From contig CAWFJJ010000024.1 in NCBI GenBank assembly GCA_963816185.1, forward strand, positions 352,001 through 416,000: 64,000 bases of DNA, read 5' to 3'. The notes under the pieces were generated by a model, which searched no databases, was not told the origin of the DNA, and saw only the letters and a program-made list of their open reading frames with translations. Positions 1-8,067 of this stretch are shown in pieces; within the stretch, counting starts at the first letter, position 1; each line of letters opens with the position of its first letter. Made by a program: the position numbers and the translations under genes. This DNA comes from Thermoanaerobaculia bacterium (GTDB lineage: Bacteria; Acidobacteriota; Thermoanaerobaculia; UBA5066).

Positions 1-3000
1 GCCTGCTCGTCCCGAACATCAAGAGCGCCGAGAAATTGTCGTTCGGCGAGTTCCTCGAGGCCTTCGACGGCATGGTCTCGAGGGCGCGGAAGGGAACGAT
101 CGAGCTGGACGCGTTCGCCGGCACGTCGATCACGCTCACGAATCCCGGCACGATCGGCACGACGGCCTCGGCGCCGCGCCTCATGCCTGGTCAGGGCGCG
201 ATCATCGCGACGGGCGCCATGGGCTATCCGGCCGAGTTCCAGGCGATGCCCGAGGAGGCTCTCTCCACACTCGGCATTGCGCGCGTGATGAACGTCTCCT
301 CCACGTACGACCACCGCATCATCCAGGGCGCCGAGTCGGGCCAGTTCGTCGGCACGCTGCAGAACCTCCTCCTCGGGGGTGACGGCTTCTACGAGCGCAT
401 CTTCTCGGACCTCAAGGTGCCGCACCGGCCGATGCGCTGGGAGAAGGACTCGTCGACGCCGCTGTCGGCGGGAGGCCGCGGCCTCGAGGCCGTGGAGAAG
501 CAGGCGCGCGTCCTGCAGCTCATCAACGCGTACCGCGTGCGCGGCCACCTCGTGGCGGACCTGAACCCGCTCGGCAGCGACTCGGTGCCGTACCATCCCG
601 ACCTCGACCCGGCGACGTACGGCTTCACGCTGTGGGACCTCGACCGGCCGTTCATCACGAACGGCCTGGGTGGGCGGGACAAGGCCACGCTGCGCGAGAT
701 CCTCGAGGTGTTGCGCCAGACGTATTGCGGAAAGATCGGTGCGGAGTTCATGTACAACCCGGACCCCGCGCAGAAGCAGTGGCTCATCGACCGCATGGAG
801 TCGACGCGCAACCGGACGCTTCTTTCGGTCGACGACCGGCGGCGCATCCTGAAGAAGCTCGTCGAGGCCGAGAGCTTCGAGAAGTTCCTGCACATGAAGT
901 ACGTCGGCCAGAAGCGCTACTCGCTGGAAGGCGGCGAGGCCGCAATCCCGCTCCTCGACCGCCTGCTCGACCGCGCGGCCGAGGCCGACCTCGGCGAGGC
1001 CGTCATCGGCATGTCGCACCGCGGGCGGCTCACGGTCCTCACGAACACCGTCGGCAAGCCGGTGGGGAAGATCTTCGCGGAGTTCGAGGGCGAGGTGGAC
1101 CCCGAGTCGATCCAGGGCTCGGGCGACGTGAAGTACCACCTCGGCGCGTCCGGTGCGCACGTGGCTCCCGGCGGCGCACGCCTGGACGTTTCGCTCGCCC
1201 CGAACCCGAGCCATCTCGAGGCCGTGGATCCCGTCGTCGAGGGCATGGTCCGGGCGAAGCAGACGCACCTCGGGGAGGACCGCGAGCACGGCAGGGTCCT
1301 GCCCGTCCTCCTGCACGGCGACGCGGCGTTTGCCGGCCAGGGGGTGGTCGCCGAGACGATCAATATGTCGCAGCTCCACGGCTACCGCACGGGCGGCACC
1401 GTGCACGTCGTCGTGAACAACCAGATCGGCTTCACGACGAACCCGGCCGACGCGCGCTCGTCGCCGTATTGCACGGACGTCGCCAAGATGGTACAGGCGC
1501 CCGTCTTCCACGCGAACGGCGACGATCCCGAGGCCGTCGTCCACGTCGTGGACATCGCGATCGATTACCGGAACACGTTTCGGCGCGACGTCGTGATCGA
1601 CCTCGTCTGCTATCGCCGCTACGGCCACAACGAAGGGGACGAGCCGAGCTACACGCAGCCCTTGATGTACCAGAAGATCAAGAGCCACGCCTCGGTTGCG
1701 CACCTCTACGGCGAGTCGCTCGTGAGACAGGGGCTCCTCGCCGCGACGGAGATCGAGGGGATGTGGGCGGCGGAGAAAGCCGGGCTGGAGCGCGCGTACG
1801 ACGAGACGCGCGGCACCGCGAAGGCTTCGTTCGCCGACTCGCTCGCCGTGCCCCCTGCGCCGCGTCTCCATCCGGAAGGCGACGCACGCGCACGCCTCGC
1901 GCGCATCGTCCGCGCGGTCTCGACGGTGCCCGAGGGCTTCGAGGTCCACCCGAAGCTGAAGCCCCTCCTGAAAAAGCGCGCCGAGTACGGCAGCGGGGAC
2001 CCCGATATCGACTGGGCCGGCGGCGAGATGCTCGCGTTCGGCATGCTGCTCCTTCAAGGAACGCCCGTGCGCCTCTCGGGGCAGGACTCCGGCCGCGGCA
2101 CGTTCAGCAACCGCCACGCCGTCCTCGCGGACTTCGCGAGCGGCGCGGAATGGGTTCCGCTCAACACGATCGCGCCCGAGCAGGCACGCTTCGAGGTCAT
2201 CGACAGCCTGCTTTCCGAGAACGCCGTCATGGGCTTCGAGTTCGGCTACGCGGTGGCCGACCCGTCGACGCTCGTCCTGTGGGAGGCGCAGTTCGGCGAC
2301 TTCGCGAACGGCGCTCAGGTCGTCATCGACCAGTTCGTCTCGGGCTCGGAGCAGAAGTGGAATCAGCGCTGCGGCCTCGTGCTGCTCCTGCCGCACGGGC
2401 AGGAAGGACAGGGGCCCGAGCACTCCTCGGCGCGCCTCGAGCGCTTCCTCACGCTGTGCGCCGAGGACAACCTGCGGGTCGCGAACGTCTCGACGCCGGC
2501 GCAGTACTACCACCTGCTGCTCGGGCAGATGGCGCGCGAGGACAAGAAGCCTCTGGTCGTCATGACGCCGAAGAGCCTCCTCCGTCACCCGAAGGCCGTG
2601 TCGACGCTGGACGAACTGGCGGACGGAGCTTTCCACCCCGTGCTCGACGATCCGGCCTTCCAGTCCGGCGACACGGCTTCCGTGCGCCGCGTCGTGCTCA
2701 CGAGCGGCAAGCTCGCGTACGACCTCTTCGCGGCGCGGGACAAGGCGGGGAAGCGCGACGTCGCGATCGTGCGGCTCGAGGAGTTCTATCCGTTCCCCGG
2801 CCGCGACCTCGGGCGGGTCCTCTCGGGCTACCGGCGAGACGCGGAGCTCGTGTGGTCACAGGAGGAACCCCGCAACATGGGCGGGTGGCGTTTTGTGCGC
2901 GAGCAGTTCCTCGACCGCAACGTCGAAGGCCTGGATCCCGCGCGCCCCCTCCGCTATATCGGCCGCCGTGACCTCGCCAGCCCCGCCCCCGGCTCCCACC

Positions 3001-3077
3001 ATGCTTTCCAGACCGAGCAGGACGCGCTGGTGGCCGAGGTGATGCGGGTGGGGGCGAGGGAGAAGGCGGCGGTCTGA
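1..3077 (+). CDS. sucA: Multifunctional 2-oxoglutarate dehydrogenase E1 with fused N-terminal E2-like acyltransferase domain (OdhA/Kgd type); 5' end outside window
   Basis: E2-like segment TLTNPGTIGT...STYDHRIIQGAESG precedes E1 motifs GMSHRGRL, HGDAAFAGQG, RYGHNEGDEP, WEAQFGDFANGAQ, GPEHSSAR. Confidence 0.95.
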   Translation, partial: LLVPNIKSAEKLSFGEFLEAFDGMVSRARKGTIELDAFAGTSITLTNPGTIGTTASAPRLMPGQGAIIATGAMGYPAEFQAMPEEALSTLGIARVMNVSSTYDHRIIQGAESGQFVGTLQNLLLGGDGFYERIFSDLKVPHRPMRWEKDSSTPLSAGGRGLEAVEKQARVLQLINAYRVRGHLVADLNPLGSDSVPYHPDLDPATYGFTLWDLDRPFITNGLGGRDKATLREILEVLRQTYCGKIGAEFMYNPDPAQKQWLIDRMESTRNRTLLSVDDRRRILKKLVEAESFEKFLHMKYVGQKRYSLEGGEAAIPLLDRLLDRAAEADLGEAVIGMSHRGRLTVLTNTVGKPVGKIFAEFEGEVDPESIQGSGDVKYHLGASGAHVAPGGARLDVSLAPNPSHLEAVDPVVEGMVRAKQTHLGEDREHGRVLPVLLHGDAAFAGQGVVAETINMSQLHGYRTGGTVHVVVNNQIGFTTNPADARSSPYCTDVAKMVQAPVFHANGDDPEAVVHVVDIAIDYRNTFRRDVVIDLVCYRRYGHNEGDEPSYTQPLMYQKIKSHASVAHLYGESLVRQGLLAATEIEGMWAAEKAGLERAYDETRGTAKASFADSLAVPPAPRLHPEGDARARLARIVRAVSTVPEGFEVHPKLKPLLKKRAEYGSGDPDIDWAGGEMLAFGMLLLQGTPVRLSGQDSGRGTFSNRHAVLADFASGAEWVPLNTIAPEQARFEVIDSLLSENAVMGFEFGYAVADPSTLVLWEAQFGDFANGAQVVIDQFVSGSEQKWNQRCGLVLLLPHGQEGQGPEHSSARLERFLTLCAEDNLRVANVSTPAQYYHLLLGQMAREDKKPLVVMTPKSLLRHPKAVSTLDELADGAFHPVLDDPAFQSGDTASVRRVVLTSGKLAYDLFAARDKAGKRDVAIVRLEEFYPFPGRDLGRVLSGYRRDAELVWSQEEPRNMGGWRFVREQFLDRNVEGLDPARPLRYIGRRDLASPAPGSHHAFQTEQDALVAEVMRVGAREKAAV

Positions 3078-3097
3078 TCCGCTGCATTGACCGCGAC

Positions 3098-3445
3098 GTG
3101 ATGAAAAAGAAATCCGCGAAAGCCGCCAAGACCTACGAACCCGACCCCGCCTTCGCTCCGGTCGTGGACGCGTTCGCCGGGAAACGCGACGTGACCCGGG
3201 GAATGATGATGGCGTCCTACGGCCTCAAGGTGGGGGGGAAGATCTTCGCGATGTTCGGGAAGGGGCGGTTCGTCGTGAAGCTTCCGAAGGCGCGCGTCGA
3301 TGCCCTTGTCGCGAGCGGGGCGGGTGCGCCCTTCGAGCCGATGCCGGGGCGCGCGATGAAAGAGTGGGTCGTCGTGAACGCCGGAGCGGTTGATTGGATT
3401 GCGCTCGCGAACGAGGCATACGGGTTCGTCAAGCGGGGGAAGTGA
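3098..3445 (+). CDS. TfoX/Sxy N-terminal-domain-like small protein
   Basis: MMASYGLKVGGKIFAMF...VVKLP...PFEP..GRAMKEWV pattern typical of TfoX_N/MmcQ-like proteins. Confidence 0.65.
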   Translation: MMKKKSAKAAKTYEPDPAFAPVVDAFAGKRDVTRGMMMASYGLKVGGKIFAMFGKGRFVVKLPKARVDALVASGAGAPFEPMPGRAMKEWVVVNAGAVDWIALANEAYGFVKRGK

Positions 3446-3658
3446 GCGTCAACGGCCGCCGCGCCGGGAGATGATTCGTGCGCTCAGGAGCCGACCATCC
3501 GACGAGACAGTCGGGAGGCGCCGGGGGATCGGGACCATCGACGGAAGCATAGCGGGCTCAGCGTGGCCGGCGCGGCCCGAGCGCGCATGCGCCGGTCCCG
3601 GTATCCTTCGAAGCGTGGGCGCGACCGCGTGTGCGCCTCGATGAACGAGGGAGGATCC

Positions 3659-4198
3659 GTGAAGATACTTCGTCGCCTCGTCATTTTCGGCTGTGCCGCT
3701 CTCCTCACCGGGCTGCCAGCGGCCGCTGCGGACCGCGCCGCCGTCCTCCGCGCGGCTCACGAGGTCGCGCAGAGGGCCCGATACGCCACCTTCATCACGA
3801 TCGGGCTGGACGGGCAGCCGCAGGCGCGCATCGTGGACGCGCTCGAGCCGGACGAGGATTTCAACGTCTGGGTGGGGACGAATCCGCTCACGCGCAAGGT
3901 CGCCGAGATCGCGAAGGATCCGCGCGTCACGGTGTCGTTCTTCGACGCCGCGGGCCCGGCGTACGTCACGCTCGTCGGGGTCGCGCACCTCGTCATCGAT
4001 CCTGCCGAGAAGGCGAAGCACTGGAAGAGCGCATGGGCGCCCTTTTACAAGAACGAGTATCGCGGCGCGGACTTCGCGCTGATCGCCGTCGTCCCGCGAC
4101 GGCTCGAAATCGTCAGCGAGGGCCACGGCCTGATCAACGAGCCCCTGACCTGGCGCCCGGTCTCCGTCGAATTCCCCCCGAAAGCGCCGCCGCGCTAG
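3659..4198 (+). CDS. Pyridoxamine 5'-phosphate oxidase-like (general stress protein 26 type) FMN-binding split-barrel protein with signal peptide
   Basis: GGAGG RBS before in-frame GTG 3659; hydrophobic leader ending AAA; FITIGLDGQPQAR, TRKVAEIAKDPRVTVSF. Confidence 0.75.
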   Translation: MKILRRLVIFGCAALLTGLPAAAADRAAVLRAAHEVAQRARYATFITIGLDGQPQARIVDALEPDEDFNVWVGTNPLTRKVAEIAKDPRVTVSFFDAAGPAYVTLVGVAHLVIDPAEKAKHWKSAWAPFYKNEYRGADFALIAVVPRRLEIVSEGHGLINEPLTWRPVSVEFPPKAPPR

Positions 4199-4251
4199 TC
4201 GCCGGCCCGCCACGCCGCGCGATATCGTTACCGGCAGGAAGTCGCCTCTCG

Positions 4252-5337
4252 ATGCCTCCCTATCTTCTCCAAACGCTGCCCGGCCCGTACCGTTTCTACC
4301 GTGGGGGCGAGATCCCCGAGGTGACGCTCGCGTACGAGACGTGGGGAACGCTTTCGCCGGCGAAAGACAACGCCCTTCTCCTCACGACGGGCCTTTCCCC
4401 AAGCAGCCACGCGCGCTCGAACGCGCTCAACCCGGAGCCCGGCTGGTGGGAGGAAATGATCGGACCGGGCCGGCCGCTCGACACGAACCGCTGGTTCGTG
4501 ATCTGCAACAACTCGTTCGGGTCCTGCCTGGGCTCGACCGGACCGGCCTCCACGGACCCCCGTACCGGTCGGCGTTACCGGCTCACGTTCCCGTGCCTGT
4601 CGATCGAGGACATCGCGATTACGAGTCGGCTCCTCCTGAAATCGCTCGGCATCCATCCCGTCGCCGCCGTCGTGGGCTCCTCGATGGGTGGGATGACGGC
4701 GCTGGCCTACGGCGTCATGTTTCCCTTCGAGGCGGATCGGATCCTGTCCATCTCGGCGGGTGCGCACGCGCTGCCGTTCGCGATCTCCATGCGGTCCTCT
4801 CAGCGCGAGGCGATCCGGCTCGATCCGGATTGGCAGGGCGGCGGATATCCGCCGGAGAAGCCGCCCAAAAGCGGGATGCGGCTGGCCCGGAAGCTGGGCG
4901 TCGCGACGTACCGGTCGCCGGGCGAGTGGAACGAGCGATTCGGCCGGAAGCGCATCGCGCCGCCCCCGGCCGATCCGTTCGCGACGCGCTTCGAGATCGA
5001 GTCGTACCTCGATCACCAGGCGGAAAAGTTCGTGGGCCGCTTCGACGCCAACTGCTACCTCTACCTGTCGCGGGCGATGGATCTCTTCGATCTCGGCGAC
5101 CATGGCTCGTCGATCGTGGACGCGCTCTCGAAGCTCAGGGCGTGCCGCACGCGGATCATCGGCGTGGAGAGCGACATCCTGTTCCCCGTCGAGCAGCAGA
5201 ACGAGCTCGCCGCGGCGCTTCACGAGGCCGGCGTGGAATCCTCGTTCGTGAGCCTCGGCTCCATCCACGGCCACGACTCGTTTCTGATCGACTACGAGCG
5301 CTTCGGTCCTGCGGTGGGAGAGTTTCTGAAGGATTGA
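4252..5337 (+). CDS. metX: MetX-family O-acyltransferase (homoserine/serine O-acetyl or O-succinyltransferase)
   Basis: LAYETWGTL, TGLSPSSH, PGWWEEMIGPG, nucleophile GSSMGG, SDILFP, HGHDSFL; real start ATG 4252 lies inside ORF 3631..5337. Confidence 0.88.
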   Translation: MPPYLLQTLPGPYRFYRGGEIPEVTLAYETWGTLSPAKDNALLLTTGLSPSSHARSNALNPEPGWWEEMIGPGRPLDTNRWFVICNNSFGSCLGSTGPASTDPRTGRRYRLTFPCLSIEDIAITSRLLLKSLGIHPVAAVVGSSMGGMTALAYGVMFPFEADRILSISAGAHALPFAISMRSSQREAIRLDPDWQGGGYPPEKPPKSGMRLARKLGVATYRSPGEWNERFGRKRIAPPPADPFATRFEIESYLDHQAEKFVGRFDANCYLYLSRAMDLFDLGDHGSSIVDALSKLRACRTRIIGVESDILFPVEQQNELAAALHEAGVESSFVSLGSIHGHDSFLIDYERFGPAVGEFLKD

Positions 5338-5391
5338 GGCTGCCCGGGGGCCCCGACCCGTAGAATGCGCCCTCGCATCCGGGAGGATCCG

Positions 5392-8013
5392 ATGAAGATG
5401 CTCTTACGCGCGGCACGGTATCTCGGCGCAGCGGCTCTCTTGGTGGCCTCCTCAACGATGGCGGCAGGACGGGACGAAGGAGCGCCGCCGCAGGCCGGTA
5501 CGGGTCCGCTTTACCGTTCCGTCACCCGTCATCCGGTGGCGGTCGCCCCGGTCGTCGAAGACCTGGCGACGGCCGCGCGCCGCGATCGCGAGACCCATCG
5601 CTCGCGGCCGCCGATTATGACGAGCCAGCGGTGCCCGGAAATCGACGAGCCTGCGCTCTCTGGAACGAAGCCGGCCACGCGTTCGTCGCGGGGGAGAGCC
5701 CCGCTCTTCCTCGCGACGCCGTCGCCTCTTCCCGATCTGCAATTCGACACGAACCCGTTCTCGAATCTCAACCGTCCCGACAGCGCGATCGCGGCGGGAC
5801 CCTCCGATCTCGTGACCTCAGTCAACTTCGCCTTCCAGGTGCAGGATCTCGACGGCGGGAACGTCGAATCGACCGGTGTCAACTCGTTCTTTCCCGGCGA
5901 TCCCACGCACTCGGTCGGCGATCCTCGGCTGAGCTACGACCAGGCGAGCGGCCGATTCATCATGTCCTGGCTCGGGTTCGACTACCCCGGCACGAACGAG
6001 CCTCCCACTGCGGGCGACTCCTACTGCGACGTGGCCGTCTCCGCGACCTCGGATCCGCGGGGCGCCTGGAACAAGTACACGTTCCACGTCCTTCGCAACG
6101 GGACCGAGCAGATGGACTTCGACAGCCTGGGCTACGACGGCAAGGCGATCTACGTCACCGCGAGGATGCGCGACTTCGCCAACAACACGCAGTTCAGCGG
6201 AAATCGGATCCTGATCCTCGACAAGGCGAAGGCGCTGGCCGGCCAGGCGCTCGCCCCGCTCATCGTGGACGATCTCATGCTGCCCGGCGGGGGTCTCGCC
6301 GAAATCATCAAGCCTGTCGAGTCGGCCGAGCCCGTCACTCCGACCTCGCCGGCGTATTTTCTTTGCGCGAAGGGGAACAATGCGGTCGCGCTGTACACGC
6401 TCGCGGATCCTCTCGGATCGCCGTCGTTCGGAAGCGTCTCGATCCCCATCCCGGCGTGGCAGAAGGCCGGACTGGCGCCCCAGGCGGGAGGTCTGCCGGA
6501 CCTGGGTCAGGAGGCGGGAACGCCGCTTCACAAGACGGTGATCCGCGACGGAGTGATCTGGTCGTGCCAGTCCCCCTCCGCGACGGGCGTCGCGGACGAG
6601 CGATCCGGCGTCGTGGTCTACAAGATCGATGCGGCCGCTGGGACTCTCCTCGAGAGCCACGCGATCTCGGATCCGTCCATCTGGTACTACCTGCCGGCCG
6701 TCATGCCGGACCTTTCCGGAAACGCGGTCGTCGTGTTCGCCGGATCGGACGCGACCCACTTCGCCTCCATCTACTACGCGCGATACGTCGCGGCGCTCGG
6801 CGATTTCGAGGCACCGGTGCTGGTGGCGGCGGGCACGACCAACTTCAGCTCGAGCGGGACGCCGCAGAGCGAGGAAGCCTGGGGCGACTACCTGGACGCG
6901 GCGCCCGACGTCGCCAGCGGCAGCCGGGAGATCTGGATCCACGGCGAGCTTCCGGCCACGGCGACGACCTGGAAGATGCACGCCGCGCGCATCCCTTCGA
7001 CTCCGCGGCCGATCATCGGCGTGAGCAGCACCTCCCTGCAGTACGGCACGGTCTGCGTCGGCGAGACGAAGGACGTGACCCTGACCGTATCCAACAGCGG
7101 GACCGCCGACCTCGACGTCGCGAGCATCCTGCGGATCTCGGGAAGCGCGGAGTTCTCCCTCGCCGGAGGCGCGGCGTTGCCAACCACCATCACGCCGGGC
7201 GGCCACGCCGACTACACGATCCGGTTCGCCCCCTCGCTCCCGGCCGGATCTCGGACGGCCGCGTTCCGAGTCGCGAGCGACGACCCTCTGACACCCACGA
7301 TCGACATCGCCACGGCCGGCACCGTCGCGGCCATTCAGATCGGCTCCACGACACATCTCGCTTTCCCGCCGACCGTCATCGGCGGCACGTGCTTCACGCA
7401 GCTGCCCCTTTCGATCCAGAACGCTGGAACCTGCAACCTGACGATCAATGCGGTCGGCGTTAGCGGAGCGGATGCGTCCGAATTCACCCTGGTCGGTCAA
7501 CCCTCGGGAGGATTCCCGGTCACGCTGGCTCCGGGGCAGAGCCTGGGGAGCGGTCTGGCGGTGCAGTTCCGCCCCAGCGCCGTCCGATTCCATCAGGCGC
7601 AGATCGCCGTGACCTATGTCTCGGACCCGGGCGCGCAGCCGCCGGCGACCAGCGCCGTGACGATTCCCGTTTACGGGGAAGGAGTCAACACGGGAGCGCG
7701 CGTCCTCGTGACCTTGAACGGGGTTCCGGTGAGCGAGGTCGAGAAGCTGCATCTGCAGCTCGCCGATCCATCGCGCAACGGCGGAAACGAGGTCACCCAC
7801 GATCTGCCGCTCGTCACGGTCGTCGGGCCGACCCCCGAACTGACGTACCAGTACCACCGCGAGTGGGGCGGCGCGTCGAACCCCGCGGGCGTTCCGCCCG
7901 ACGACTACAAGATCACCGTGACGATTCGCGTGGGTAACAAGCGCCAGACGCAGACGGTGTTCTTCACGATCCAGCCGTGCGGTTTCGCGAACGTGGTCGT
8001 CAGCTTCTTCTAG
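5392..8013 (+). CDS. Large secreted protein: N-terminal beta-propeller-like domain plus two choice-of-anchor D/ASH Ig-like domains
   Basis: GGAGG RBS; signal peptide; PDSAIAAGP, GDPRLSYD, DFDSLGYD, WGDY; two repeats of LxFG/F.T..G...L.xSN.GT..L.V...F.L....F.P. Confidence 0.7.
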   Translation: MKMLLRAARYLGAAALLVASSTMAAGRDEGAPPQAGTGPLYRSVTRHPVAVAPVVEDLATAARRDRETHRSRPPIMTSQRCPEIDEPALSGTKPATRSSRGRAPLFLATPSPLPDLQFDTNPFSNLNRPDSAIAAGPSDLVTSVNFAFQVQDLDGGNVESTGVNSFFPGDPTHSVGDPRLSYDQASGRFIMSWLGFDYPGTNEPPTAGDSYCDVAVSATSDPRGAWNKYTFHVLRNGTEQMDFDSLGYDGKAIYVTARMRDFANNTQFSGNRILILDKAKALAGQALAPLIVDDLMLPGGGLAEIIKPVESAEPVTPTSPAYFLCAKGNNAVALYTLADPLGSPSFGSVSIPIPAWQKAGLAPQAGGLPDLGQEAGTPLHKTVIRDGVIWSCQSPSATGVADERSGVVVYKIDAAAGTLLESHAISDPSIWYYLPAVMPDLSGNAVVVFAGSDATHFASIYYARYVAALGDFEAPVLVAAGTTNFSSSGTPQSEEAWGDYLDAAPDVASGSREIWIHGELPATATTWKMHAARIPSTPRPIIGVSSTSLQYGTVCVGETKDVTLTVSNSGTADLDVASILRISGSAEFSLAGGAALPTTITPGGHADYTIRFAPSLPAGSRTAAFRVASDDPLTPTIDIATAGTVAAIQIGSTTHLAFPPTVIGGTCFTQLPLSIQNAGTCNLTINAVGVSGADASEFTLVGQPSGGFPVTLAPGQSLGSGLAVQFRPSAVRFHQAQIAVTYVSDPGAQPPATSAVTIPVYGEGVNTGARVLVTLNGVPVSEVEKLHLQLADPSRNGGNEVTHDLPLVTVVGPTPELTYQYHREWGGASNPAGVPPDDYKITVTIRVGNKRQTQTVFFTIQPCGFANVVVSFF

Positions 8014-8067
8014 CGAGGGACGGAGGGAGGACGCGCCCCGCACGTCAGATAATGATCGTGCGACTCG

